A DNA stretch of 64,000 nucleotides from Armatimonadota bacterium (GTDB lineage: Bacteria; Armatimonadota; SYMT01): contig JAWLHY010000003.1 of the NCBI GenBank assembly GCA_041690135.1, positions 1 through 64,000 of the forward strand, given 5' to 3'. Within the stretch, counting starts at the first letter, position 1, and each line of letters starts with the position of its first letter. Made by a program: the position numbers and the translations under genes. The notes below the pieces were generated by a model. It did not search any database. It saw nothing but the letters and a program-made list of their open reading frames with translations, and was not told the origin of the DNA. This document shows, in pieces, positions 8,888 through 21,072 of the stretch.

Positions 8888-9383
8888 GATGAGGGTCATG
8901 ATTAGGAACGCGGGATTGCCAGGGGTCATCAAGTTCACGCCAGGGCAAGCAGGACCCCAACTCCGCCGGGTATACGGCAAGGATGAAGGAGGAAGCGGCC
9001 GCGTGGTGTAGTGACGTTGACACGTTCGTTCGCCCCCCCCCCTCTTTTCGTGTCTTTCGCCGGGTGCCCGGGTACCCTCTGGGTGGTGGCGTCGCGATTT
9101 CGTCCCTACGGACGCCCGTAGGGGCGCGTTCTCTCCGGCTGGACGGTCCCGGGTGGGAGGGCGGAGGGCTGGTTGGACTATGCAGAAGTGTTGCCGGCGA
9201 GAAGGCATGACGGAGGCTGGGGCCGAGATAGCTCTCGGACTCCCCGGCAAAGTACAGTGTGGCACCCGGGTTGGCGATGACGGTATCAACGGCCTGGGGT
9301 GGTGTCCGGTTCTTCGCGCGGAAGTAAAGCGCCAGCAGCACGGCAACCACCAGGCACAATAGCGAGAGGCCGCGCCGGTTCAC
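8775..9383 (-). CDS. Hypothetical membrane-anchored protein, probably disrupted in its 3' half
   Basis: Plausible N-terminal anchor coupled to the upstream ORF (GTGA overlap); the 3' part runs through repeat elements and overlaps the hydrolase. Confidence 0.35.
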   Translation of the reverse strand: MNRRGLSLLCLVVAVLLALYFRAKNRTPPQAVDTVIANPGATLYFAGESESYLGPSLRHAFSPATLLHSPTSPPPSHPGPSSRRERAPTGVRRDEIATPPPRGYPGTRRKTRKEGGGRTNVSTSLHHAAASSFILAVYPAELGSCLPWRELDDPWQSRVPNHDPHLNPRSRATGLSAPRPLRPGTRPSNARRRERFPGGSRR

Positions 9384-9781
9384 GGTTTCGCCGCAATGGG
9401 CTCGGTGGTGGGTAGGGCGACCCGGCAGTCCTGGGGTGGGCCGGGGCCGTAAGTCTCCTTGTGCTTCACGGTGCCGTCGTCCAGGACGATGACCTGGTAG
9501 GAGTCCAGCGTGACCCCTCGGTGGTCGAGGCGGACGAAGTGGGCCAGGGTGAAGTCATTCGACCAGCCGAGGTGGCGGACACAGAGGCCGCCGGGGATTG
9601 CGGCCCGCTGGTCCGGGGGCAGGGCCGCGTACCAGGCGCGGATGCAGCGCTCCACGTCCTGCCGGATTTTCACCCGGATCTTCACGACAGGGGAAGGCTT
9701 CCGGTAGGCCGCGGATAACCACTGGTTCATGGTGAACAATAGACCAACCAGCAATCCCGCCCGCACGATGAAGCGCCACAT
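9380..9781 (-). CDS. Hypothetical exported protein
   Basis: N-terminal hydrophobic segment, AGGGA just upstream, GC3-biased codons. Confidence 0.6.
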   Translation of the reverse strand: MWRFIVRAGLLVGLLFTMNQWLSAAYRKPSPVVKIRVKIRQDVERCIRAWYAALPPDQRAAIPGGLCVRHLGWSNDFTLAHFVRLDHRGVTLDSYQVIVLDDGTVKHKETYGPGPPQDCRVALPTTEPIAAKP

Positions 9782-9808
9782 CCCTGTTCCCTATCGAGGT
9801 GCCGCAAG

Positions 9809-12328
<2,520 letters not shown>

Positions 12329-12549
12329 TTGAGCCGCCAAGGCGCCAAGAGAGAATAGGATGTAATGGGACGGGGTGAGAGAGGTAGAACAGCCCCTCGT
12401 GGGCGTTGGTCGCGGTACGCACGCCAGGCCAGACCAGACGTGGTCTGATCACGGGGAACTCCTGTCACGCTGACGGTACTCGCGCTATCGGACCCCAACC
12501 CTCGCCTACCGCTCCGGCGCCCCTGGCTGTCCCCGGAAAGCAGGACCTG

Positions 12550-13596
12550 ATGGACCGCACTACGGCACTGGTACAGGCACTGCGGGAGGGCAACTCCCGT
12601 ACCCGCAGGGCAGCGCACGAGGAGTTGGTGCGGCTCGGGGATGCGGCAGTCCCGGTGCTTCGAGAAGCACTGGGCAGCACGGACTGGCGGCTCCGGTCGC
12701 GGGCGGCCCAGGTCCTGGGGGAAATCGGGCTGGAGGCCGCACCGGCGGTAGGAGCCCTCCGAAGTGCGCTTGATGATGCACAGGTGGAAGTACGATGGCG
12801 AGCGGCGCAGGCACTGTCCGCGATCGGCGCCCACTCCGCACCCGCCGTGCACGAGCTGGTCCGGGCGCTCGGCGACGAGGATAGTCGCGTGCGGGCCGCG
12901 GCGGTCCGGGCGCTAACGAGGATCGGTGAACCGGCCGCGGGTGCACTAGTCGAAACCCTGCGTTCTCGCGATCACCGCGTGCGATCTGTCGCGGTCAAGG
13001 CGCTCTGCCTCATCCCGTCCTCGGCACCTCGTTACCTGGTGACCGCCCTCGCCTCACAGGACGAAGGGGTGCGCCAGGCGGCCGCGGGGACGCTCTTGAA
13101 GTTCGGAGAAGCCGCCACGGACGCGCTCGTAGAGGGGTTGTCCGCCGATGATGCGGAGGCCCGGCGGTGGGCCGCCTGGGTCCTGGTTGAAATCGGTGCA
13201 CCGGCCGTCGACGCCGTTTCCCGCTCCCTCGACAATGCCCGGCCGCACACGCGAATGCTCGCCGCCTGGGTCCTGGCGGAGGTGGCTTCCAGGCAACCCA
13301 TCCCACTTCTCCGGACGACGCTATCGCTGCTCCAGCGGGCCGCGAAACGCTCCCGCCGCCCCGAGGAGGCCGCAGAGCATGCTCGCGCCATCGAGAGCAT
13401 CGAACACGCCACGAAAGGGATCAAGAACCTTCCCATTCCGGCCACTCAGCGCGTAGCGGATACGAGATCCCTACCCCGTACGGCCAGCCCGCCAACGCAA
13501 GAGAGCGACACCCTACCCCTACCCGGCGGATCTGGCGAAGGCCCCTCGCCTCCCTCCGAGCCGCGCGCTCCCTGGTGGGCGTCCATCAGATTTTGA
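12550..13596 (+). CDS. HEAT (PBS lyase-like) repeat protein
   Basis: Repeated L.D....VR..AA.AL..IG units; Pro-rich tail ending PWWASIRF. Confidence 0.85.
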   Translation: MDRTTALVQALREGNSRTRRAAHEELVRLGDAAVPVLREALGSTDWRLRSRAAQVLGEIGLEAAPAVGALRSALDDAQVEVRWRAAQALSAIGAHSAPAVHELVRALGDEDSRVRAAAVRALTRIGEPAAGALVETLRSRDHRVRSVAVKALCLIPSSAPRYLVTALASQDEGVRQAAAGTLLKFGEAATDALVEGLSADDAEARRWAAWVLVEIGAPAVDAVSRSLDNARPHTRMLAAWVLAEVASRQPIPLLRTTLSLLQRAAKRSRRPEEAAEHARAIESIEHATKGIKNLPIPATQRVADTRSLPRTASPPTQESDTLPLPGGSGEGPSPPSEPRAPWWASIRF

Positions 13597-13599
13597 AGT

Positions 13600-14958
13600 A
13601 TGGATCCTACCACCACGACAACTCGGGTAACGGAGACGCCGCGATCCCCTACACCCAATCCCGCCGATGCCAACGGCGCGGCCGAGGGATTGGGCGCAGT
13701 TGAAAGCCTGTTGAGTGCGCTGAAAGCTGAGGATGCGGAGGCGAGAGAGGGGGCGGCGGAGGCGCTGGGGCAGTTGGTTCCACCGCCGGCTGGGGTGGTG
13801 GAGGCGCTGATCGGCACGCTGGCGGACCCGGAAGCACGGGTACGCCGGGCGGCCGCGGTTTCGCTGGCGCGGTTCGGGGTTCCGAGCATCCTGCCGCTGG
13901 CTGCCGCCCTGGACCACCCGGACGGGAAGGCCCGGGTGCACGCCGCCTGGGCGTTGCGGAGGATCGGGAAGCCCGGTAAGCCGGCGGTGCACGCCCTCGC
14001 GGCGGCGATGGGCGATCCGGATCCCCGCGTACGGGCACGGGCGGCCGAAGCCCTCGGCTGGCTCGGCTCCCCTTCCGTCCCGGCGATCGAGGCGCTGCTC
14101 CGGGCGCTGCGGGACCGGGTGGCGGAGGTCCGGGAGGCGGCGGCGCAGGCGCTCGGCCGGATCCGGCAGGTCCCGGCCCCGGCGGTAGCGGCGCTGGTCG
14201 AGGCCCTCGGGGATCGCGCTTCGTGCGTGCGCTCCACCGCCGGCTGGGCGCTCGGCAAGATCGGCGCGCCGGCCGTGGTGGCGTTGGCCGGCGCCCTGGG
14301 TGGTGAGACCGCAGAAGTACGGGCCCAGGCCGCCCAGGCGCTGCGGGAGATCGGTCCCGCGGCGGCGCCCGCCACCCGTTCTCTGATGCTCGCTCTCCAC
14401 GATCCGAACCCGGAAGTGTGGCTCCAGGCGACGCGTGCGCTGGGCCGTATCGGCCCGGGAGCAGCCCCGGCGGCGGAGTCGCTGGGCCGGCTATTGGGCG
14501 ATGAGCGCCGGGAGGTGGGAGCCCACGCGGGATCTGCCCTGGCACGCATCGGCGAGCCCGCGATCGAGCCGCTGCTGTATGCCCTGCGAGAAGGATCGCC
14601 TCTGGGCCGGCGCCGGGCCGCCGAGGCCCTGGGGGAGATGGCAATGCTCCACCGAACCCTCACCCTGCGGGCCGCCCTGCCGGGGCTCGAACGCCGGGCC
14701 CGCGGCCGGGATTCGCTGGAACGCGAGGCGTGCCGGAGCGCCGTGCAGGCCATCCGGGCGGCGACCGAGGACCTCAGCCGGACCCCGATCCCCGCCTCTT
14801 CGGAAACGCCGGGTGCGGACTCGCTTCCCCGTCCCGCCGGCGGAGGGGGGCCGGACCCCGAGAGGCTGCCGTTGGTGGGTGAAGCTCCGGAGGGGGATGA
14901 CCTCTCCCCGGCGCGCAAGCTTTCCTGGTGGGCAAGAATTGTGGCCTGGTTTCGGTGA
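13600..14958 (+). CDS. HEAT (PBS lyase-like) repeat protein
   Basis: About a dozen L.D....VR..AA.ALG units; tail ending SWWARIVAWFR. Confidence 0.88.
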   Translation: MDPTTTTTRVTETPRSPTPNPADANGAAEGLGAVESLLSALKAEDAEAREGAAEALGQLVPPPAGVVEALIGTLADPEARVRRAAAVSLARFGVPSILPLAAALDHPDGKARVHAAWALRRIGKPGKPAVHALAAAMGDPDPRVRARAAEALGWLGSPSVPAIEALLRALRDRVAEVREAAAQALGRIRQVPAPAVAALVEALGDRASCVRSTAGWALGKIGAPAVVALAGALGGETAEVRAQAAQALREIGPAAAPATRSLMLALHDPNPEVWLQATRALGRIGPGAAPAAESLGRLLGDERREVGAHAGSALARIGEPAIEPLLYALREGSPLGRRRAAEALGEMAMLHRTLTLRAALPGLERRARGRDSLEREACRSAVQAIRAATEDLSRTPIPASSETPGADSLPRPAGGGGPDPERLPLVGEAPEGDDLSPARKLSWWARIVAWFR

Positions 14959-15564
14959 ACGGCGTGGGTGGAGATCGTGAGAGTGCCGGTTCAGGCGGAG
15001 GGCGGGTTGGTTATCCACCCGGCCTGACGGATACAGGACCAGAACCTGCCGGTTTGCAGTATGGGTACGGGGGAAGGATCGTGGGCGGGAATGGCTACCG
15101 GGATGTAATCCGGGAGCGAGGGCACGATCCTGGTCGGGGACAGCGGCGCCGACCCTACCCGTGTGCATTGCGGCTACCGTTGTGCATGCCGGGTGCGGGA
15201 GCGCGATCCGGGCCGGGGGTGGCCCTGACTCCGCCGGGTGTACGACCCGACCCTACCGGGGGTTATTGCGGGTGCGGATGGAGGGTCGGTCATCCAATCC
15301 AGAGATAGTCGCGCCTAGTCAAAACGGGATCCGCGGTCAGGATCGCCAGGCGCCGCTGCAAGCGGCGATTCCACACTCAGCAACAGGACGGCGCTCACTG
15401 GTCGAAGCGAGGTCGGGTTGGCTGTGGGAAGCGGTGGGTTGTGGGACGCGCGCCGCACCGGAAGAGGGCAACCCGATGCGCTGACCGAACTGTAGGTAAC
15501 TCTTACTGGGTGCTGCGTTACGTGAGCGCGGCCGCCGAACCACCGTCGGATTGGATTGGGCACC

Positions 15565-16113
15565 ATGAAGCCTCACCGGGGGCAGGGCATCTCGATCTTC
15601 ATTGGCTTGATCGTGAGCCTCTTCGGCTTCTTCCTGGTCATGAGCCAAACCCGGCAATTGACCCGCTACGTGCCGGTGGAGGCCGTGATCCTAACTGCGC
15701 GGGTCGAAGAGAGAACCGACGAGACGTCTACCTATTTGCCCGAAATCAAGTTCGAGTATGTCGTGGGTGGCCGCACCTACCTGGGCCGAAGAGTATTCCC
15801 GCTCACAACATCCAACAGCTTCCGGTATTTGGCCGAGGGTTGGGTCAAGAAGTTTCCTCCAGGGCGCCACGTTAAGGCCTACTACGATCCCCGGAAACCG
15901 GCCGAGTCCTTTCTCGTACGGAAGGTGGGTCTGCTGCCGTATGCGATGCTACTCATCGGCGCCGGCATCCTGCTGGGTGGGCTGGGGATGGGGGCCAACT
16001 CACGGCTGTCGCTCGGAGTGGGGCGCCGCAGCGGGGTCGGCGTCGGGACGGTGTGGGGGGTACTGGCCGGGTTGTCGGTGGTCCACTACCTCTACATGGT
16101 GATCCGCTATTGA
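15565..16113 (+). CDS. DUF3592 membrane protein
   Basis: TM - Y.P.I.FEY.V.G..Y - V.AYYDP.KP.ES.L - TM architecture. Confidence 0.8.
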   Translation: MKPHRGQGISIFIGLIVSLFGFFLVMSQTRQLTRYVPVEAVILTARVEERTDETSTYLPEIKFEYVVGGRTYLGRRVFPLTTSNSFRYLAEGWVKKFPPGRHVKAYYDPRKPAESFLVRKVGLLPYAMLLIGAGILLGGLGMGANSRLSLGVGRRSGVGVGTVWGVLAGLSVVHYLYMVIRY

Positions 16114-16125
16114 AAGGAACACGGA

Positions 16126-17196
16126 ATGCCCAGACGAGAACCGATCGCCCGTCGCACGTTCCTCCGCAGCGGGGGTGCCGCGCTGGGGGCACTTGCGGTG
16201 ACTTCCGGCAACGAAGCGCGGGCGCAAGAGGCGGGAAAGCCGATCCGCGTGGGTGTGATCGGGATGGACAACTACCAGTGCGTGGAGTTCGCGCAGTTCA
16301 TGAACAACCCCCAGGCAGCGGGGGAGTTCGCCGGGCTGCGGGTGGTGGCCGGCTATCCGGGCGGGAGCCCGGATCTCGCCGAGAGCCGGGAAGGGCTGCC
16401 GAAGTGGGTCGAACAGATCCAGCGCTTCGGCGTGAAGATCGTTGACACCATCCCCGAGGTGCTGAAGCAGGTCGACGCCGTGCTGGTCATGAGCCTGGAT
16501 GGCCGGACGCACCTCTCCCTGGCCCGACCCGCGATCGAGGCCGGGAAGGCGGTCTACATCGGCCGCCCGCTCGCCGCCTCGCTCGAGGATGCCGTCCGGA
16601 TCTTCCGGCTGGCCGAGCAGAAGAAGGTTCCGGTTTTCTCCTGCTCCCAGCATCGCTTCAGCCCGGGCTTCTACGACATGCGCAACCATCCGGAAGTGGG
16701 CAAGGTGCTGGGCTGCGAGGTCCACGGTGGCTGCCCCCTCGAGCCCACGCACCCGGACCTGTTCTGGCACGGCATCCACGGCGTCGAGACGCTCTACACC
16801 ATCATGGGGCCGGGCTGCGAGAGCGTGACGCGCGTCCAGACCCCGGTTACGGAGTTCGTCACCGGCACCTGGAAGGACGGGCGCGTGGGCACGTACCGGG
16901 GCATCCACCAGGGCGCCATCACCTATCAAGCCCTGGTCTACGGCACCCAGGGAATCGTCCCATCCGGCAAGTACGGGGGCTACGCGCCCGTGAAGGGCGT
17001 CTATCCGGAGGGGAAGTATGCCGGCTACGAGCCCCTCGCGCGGCAGATCTCCACCTTCTTTAAGTCCGGCAAGCCGCCGGTCGCCCCCGAGGAGACGCTG
17101 GAGCTCTTCGCCTTCATGGAGGCCGCCCACGAAAGTAAGCGGCGCGGGGGCGCACCGGTCAGCCTGGCGAGCGTCCTTGAACGGGCCCGTCGCTAA
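16126..17196 (+). CDS. Tat-exported Gfo/Idh/MocA oxidoreductase
   Basis: RRTFL Tat motif, IRVGVIGMD, DAVL...DGRTHL, LFWHGIHGVE; AAAGGA RBS. Confidence 0.85.
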   Translation: MPRREPIARRTFLRSGGAALGALAVTSGNEARAQEAGKPIRVGVIGMDNYQCVEFAQFMNNPQAAGEFAGLRVVAGYPGGSPDLAESREGLPKWVEQIQRFGVKIVDTIPEVLKQVDAVLVMSLDGRTHLSLARPAIEAGKAVYIGRPLAASLEDAVRIFRLAEQKKVPVFSCSQHRFSPGFYDMRNHPEVGKVLGCEVHGGCPLEPTHPDLFWHGIHGVETLYTIMGPGCESVTRVQTPVTEFVTGTWKDGRVGTYRGIHQGAITYQALVYGTQGIVPSGKYGGYAPVKGVYPEGKYAGYEPLARQISTFFKSGKPPVAPEETLELFAFMEAAHESKRRGGAPVSLASVLERARR

Positions 17197-17356
17197 TGCG
17201 TGCAGCGTGATCCGTAACTCGAGCCGTCTATGCACGTGGCTGTGCCCGGCTCCCCGACGCCTTTGAAGGACGTATCAGAGGACGCACGTCCTCGTGTGCG
17301 GAAAGTGGATTGCGCGCCCGATATCGGTGGGTGTCGCGTTCTGAGGGAGTGGGGGT

Positions 17357-19174
17357 ATGGGTCGCAAGCAATGGATGATTTCGGCGGGCCTGCTGGTCGG
17401 CGCTCTGGCGGCAGTGGGCGCGAGCGGACGTTCCATCGCCGCAGCGCAAATGCCAGGCTCCAACTCCCTCCCCGATCCGGGCGGCGTTCCCGTGCTGACC
17501 TCGCTGGTACGCACGCCGCAGAGCGAGCTGCGGGAGGGGGTCGACCGCTACCGGGACGACTACGGGGCGCTCTCCCGCCGGTACGACGCGGACTACTCGC
17601 CCGCGCGGCGGAAGCGGTTCCACGAGTTCTTCACGGGCTGGCAGGCGCGCCTGGCGGAGCTCGATTTCGACCGCCTGAGCCAGGAAGGGAAGATCGACTA
17701 CCTGCTGCTGGACCACCGCCTGCGCTATGAGCTGTACCAGTTGGACCGGGACCGGCAGCTCTTAGTGGAGATGGCGGAGCTGTTGCCGTTCGCGCCGCGG
17801 ATCATCGAGCTGCAGGAGGCGCGCCGGCGGATGGAGCCCGTGGTCCCGCGCGCGGCGGCGGACACCGTGGCGGCACTGGTCCCACAGGTGGAGGCGGTCC
17901 GCGGCAAGCTGGAGGCGGCGGCCCGCGAGGGCCGGCGAAAGCTTCCCTCGCCGGTGGTGGGCGCCCGGGCTCTCCGCGCGACCCAGGACCTGCGCCGTAC
18001 CTTCGGTCAGTGGTACCGCGCCTACGCGGGGTATGATCCCCTCTTCACCTGGTGGGTGGCCGAGCCGTACAAGAAGGCGGAGGCCTCGCTGGCCGCTTAC
18101 GAGCGCGTGCTGCGCGAGCGGGTGGTCGGCCAGCGGGAGGGTCAGGAGGAGCCGATCGTGGGCGATCCCATCGGCGCCAAGGGGCTGGAAGCGGACCTCG
18201 CCGTCGAGATGATCCCGCACACCCCGAAGGAGCTGGTCGCCCTTGCGGAGCGGGAGTTCGCCTGGTGTGAGGCGGAGATGAAGAAGGCGGCCCGCGACAT
18301 GGGCTTCGGCGATAACTGGAAGGCCGCCCTGGAGAAGGTGAAGACCCTCCACGTGGAGCCGGGGCAGCAGCCGGAGCTGATCCGCAAGCTGGCGCTGGAG
18401 GCGATCGAGTTCGTGGAGAAGCGGGACCTGGTGACCGTCCCCGCGCTGGCGAAGGAGACCTGGCGGATCGAGATGATGTCGCCGGAGCGGCAGAAGGTGA
18501 GTCCCTTCTTCACCGGCGGCGAGGTGATCAGCGTCTCGTTCCCCACCGACGGGATGGCCCACGAGGACAAGCTGATGAGCCTCCGGGGCAACAACATCCA
18601 CTTCTCCCGCGCGACCGTCCAACACGAGCTGATCCCCGGCCACCACCTGCAGCAGTTTATGAACGCCCGGTACAACTCGCACCGGTACGCCTTCTACACG
18701 CCGTTCTGGATCGAGGGATGGGCGCTCTACTGGGAGATGCTGCTCTGGGACGAAGGCTTCCCGAAGTCGCCGGAAGACCGGATCGGGATGCTGTTCTGGC
18801 GGAGCCACCGCGCGGCCCGGATCCTTTTCTCACTCAACTTCCACCTGGGCCGGATGACCCCACAGGAAGCCATCGACTTCCTCGTGGATCGGGTCGGGCA
18901 CGAACGCGCTAACGCCACGGCGGAGGTCCGGCGCTCCTTCAACGGCACCTACCCGCCCCTCTACCAGGCCGCCTATATGCTCGGCGGGCTGCAGTTCCGC
19001 GCGCTCTACCGGGAGCTGGTCGGCTCCGGGAAGATGACGCCCCGGCAGTTCCACGACGCCATCCTGCAGGGCGGCACCATGCCGGTGGAGATGGTCCGCG
19101 CCCGGCTGACAGGGCTGCCGCTCACCCGCGACTACCGTGCTCGCTGGACGTTCGCTACGGGAGGGAAGGAATGA
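17357..19174 (+). CDS. DUF885 family protein (putative metallopeptidase)
   Basis: HELIPGHHLQ, EGWALYWE, YQAAYMLG. Confidence 0.9.
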   Translation: MGRKQWMISAGLLVGALAAVGASGRSIAAAQMPGSNSLPDPGGVPVLTSLVRTPQSELREGVDRYRDDYGALSRRYDADYSPARRKRFHEFFTGWQARLAELDFDRLSQEGKIDYLLLDHRLRYELYQLDRDRQLLVEMAELLPFAPRIIELQEARRRMEPVVPRAAADTVAALVPQVEAVRGKLEAAAREGRRKLPSPVVGARALRATQDLRRTFGQWYRAYAGYDPLFTWWVAEPYKKAEASLAAYERVLRERVVGQREGQEEPIVGDPIGAKGLEADLAVEMIPHTPKELVALAEREFAWCEAEMKKAARDMGFGDNWKAALEKVKTLHVEPGQQPELIRKLALEAIEFVEKRDLVTVPALAKETWRIEMMSPERQKVSPFFTGGEVISVSFPTDGMAHEDKLMSLRGNNIHFSRATVQHELIPGHHLQQFMNARYNSHRYAFYTPFWIEGWALYWEMLLWDEGFPKSPEDRIGMLFWRSHRAARILFSLNFHLGRMTPQEAIDFLVDRVGHERANATAEVRRSFNGTYPPLYQAAYMLGGLQFRALYRELVGSGKMTPRQFHDAILQGGTMPVEMVRARLTGLPLTRDYRARWTFATGGKE

Positions 19175-20277
19175 TGACTACTCGCTGCGGCCGGCTGGGA
19201 CTGGCCCTGGTTCTGCTGCTCGCGGCCCTGGCGGGTGGGGCCGCGCCCAAACAGTCGCCGGCGAAGGGAAAGCTGGAGATCGAACGCGTTTTCGGACCGG
19301 AGATCCCCACGGGACCCTATAAGCACCCAGCCTCGATTACGGAGCTGGCGAACGGCGATCTCTACCTGGTCTACTACGGGGGCGAGGGGGAGTATGCCGT
19401 GGACACCGGCGTGTTCGGCGCGCGGCTGAAGAAGGGCTCCCGCAAGTGGAGCCGCCCACAGCTCGTGGCCCGCGACCCGTTCCGCTCGCTCGGGAACGCG
19501 GTGGTGTGGCAGGCGCCGGACGGCCCCGTGTGGCTCTTCTACGTGGTGCGCTGGGGGGATACCTGGTCCACCTCCCGCATCCAGGGCAAGGTCTCCCGTG
19601 ACGGAGCGAAGACGTGGTCGGACAGCTTCGTGGTCTCGGATGTGGAAGGGATGATGGTCCGCGGCGGCCCGATCGTGCTCTCCTCGGGCGAATACCTCCT
19701 GCCGGTCTACCACGAGACCGGCTTCAACACGGAGATCGTGGGGCCGGACACCACCTCTCGTTTTCTCCGCTTCGACCCGAAGGCGAAGACCCAGGCGTGG
19801 CAGCCCGCCGGGATCATCCGCTCAGCGAAGGGCAACCTCCAGCCGGCGGTCGTGGAACTGGAGCGCGACCACCTGGTGGCCTACTGCCGGCGCGGCGGCG
19901 GCTACGATCCGGTGACGGACGGCTACCTCGTCCGCTCGGAATCGCGGGACGGGGGCCGGACCTGGACGGAGGGCAAGGACAGCACGTTCCCCAATCCCAA
20001 CGCCGCGGTGGACTTCTTGAAGCTCCAGAGCGGTCGTTTGCTGCTGGTTTACAACGCCAGCATGAACGACCGCACGCCCCTCACGGTGGCCCTCTCCCTG
20101 GACGGCGACAAGACGTGGCCGCACCGGCGGGACCTGATGAGCGGAAAGGGCGACTTCGCCTATCCCTACGCCATCCAGACCCGCGACGGAAAGATCCACG
20201 TGATCTTTACCACGGACGAACGGACGGTGATCCGGCGCGCGGTATTCGACGAAGAGTGGGTGGGCATCGCGGATTAG
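19171..20277 (+). CDS. Sialidase/BNR-repeat family protein
   Basis: Asp-boxes SRDGAKTW, SRDGGRTW, SLDGDKTW; PNPNA, RTPL, AYP. Confidence 0.88.
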   Translation: MMTTRCGRLGLALVLLLAALAGGAAPKQSPAKGKLEIERVFGPEIPTGPYKHPASITELANGDLYLVYYGGEGEYAVDTGVFGARLKKGSRKWSRPQLVARDPFRSLGNAVVWQAPDGPVWLFYVVRWGDTWSTSRIQGKVSRDGAKTWSDSFVVSDVEGMMVRGGPIVLSSGEYLLPVYHETGFNTEIVGPDTTSRFLRFDPKAKTQAWQPAGIIRSAKGNLQPAVVELERDHLVAYCRRGGGYDPVTDGYLVRSESRDGGRTWTEGKDSTFPNPNAAVDFLKLQSGRLLLVYNASMNDRTPLTVALSLDGDKTWPHRRDLMSGKGDFAYPYAIQTRDGKIHVIFTTDERTVIRRAVFDEEWVGIAD

Positions 20278-20288
20278 GATGAGGGTGG

Positions 20289-20315
20289 GGAGTAGGAGTA
20301 AGAGTAGGAGTAAGA
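20289..20315. repeat. Hexamer tract (GAGTAR)n
   Basis: GGAGTAGGAGTAAGAGTAGGAGTAAGA; similar tracts at 22183-22208 and 23282-23324. Confidence 0.8.
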
Positions 20316-20462
20316 GGGTTGGAGACCTGACCGGGCCGGGGTTGGCCGGAGGGAGGTGCGTGCTTCAGCCCTTTCGGCCCCCGGGGCTGCGCGGATTAGT
20401 CTCTTGTCAACATACTTCTGGGCAGAACGTACACAAACGGTGTTGCTGCGGAAAGCTAGCGC

Positions 20463-20741
20463 GCGTCACTGCGAGCCCCAACCAATCCCGCGGTAACTAC
20501 GCGTGCCGTCCTTTGTTTAGTGTCGCCTTCGCGTGCGAGGTCCGTCCACTGCGGGGCCCTATGCTGCGCCGGGTAAACTGTGGCAATCCCCCTGGGGACC
20601 GCAGTGGGACTCGATCCTGGTACGTCGCCCTCCGGCTCCGGGGTCCGCAGCGACTTCTGCAAAGCGGGCGAACCGTGATAATGGCGGCGGCGCGGAGGGC
20701 AGGGGGATTGCCGCAGTCGCTAAGGCTCCTTCGCAATGACG
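20463..20741. repeat. REP-like nested inverted-repeat element
   Basis: GCGTCACTGCGAG / TTCGCAATGACGC and CTGTGGCAATCCCC / GGGGATTGCCGCAG arm pairs. Confidence 0.55.
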
Positions 20742-21072
20742 CCGTCTTCCTCTTAGTTCCGGCTACGCCGGATCAGGGTGAGGATTAGGAGAGCCGTCAC
20801 AGGGGATCCGCGGATGGTCGCGACGGGATCCCCTGCCCTGGCTGCGCGGATTAGGATATGGATTACGATTAGGACTAGGAGGGCCGTCGCAGGAAGACAG
20901 CGGTTGGTGTTGCCGGGGCCCTCTGCCGCAGTCGCAAAAGCGCAGCGTTAACAGCACTGCAGAGAACCCGATGCACTTGGAATGCTCGTGCTGTTACGCC
21001 TTTTTCTCGTCTTCTTCCGCGCCATTCCGTGTGTTCCGCGGGCAAGAATGGTTTCCGGATTTCGCGTCTTGT

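Noticed and set aside
14960-15560. Short ORFs in the gap after the HEAT genes
   Set aside because: No motifs, conflicting frames, and REP-like CCGACCCTAC sequences; no call can be supported.
20330-20770. tmRNA, RNase P or SRP RNA
   Set aside because: Hallmark conserved motifs were not found on either strand by eye.
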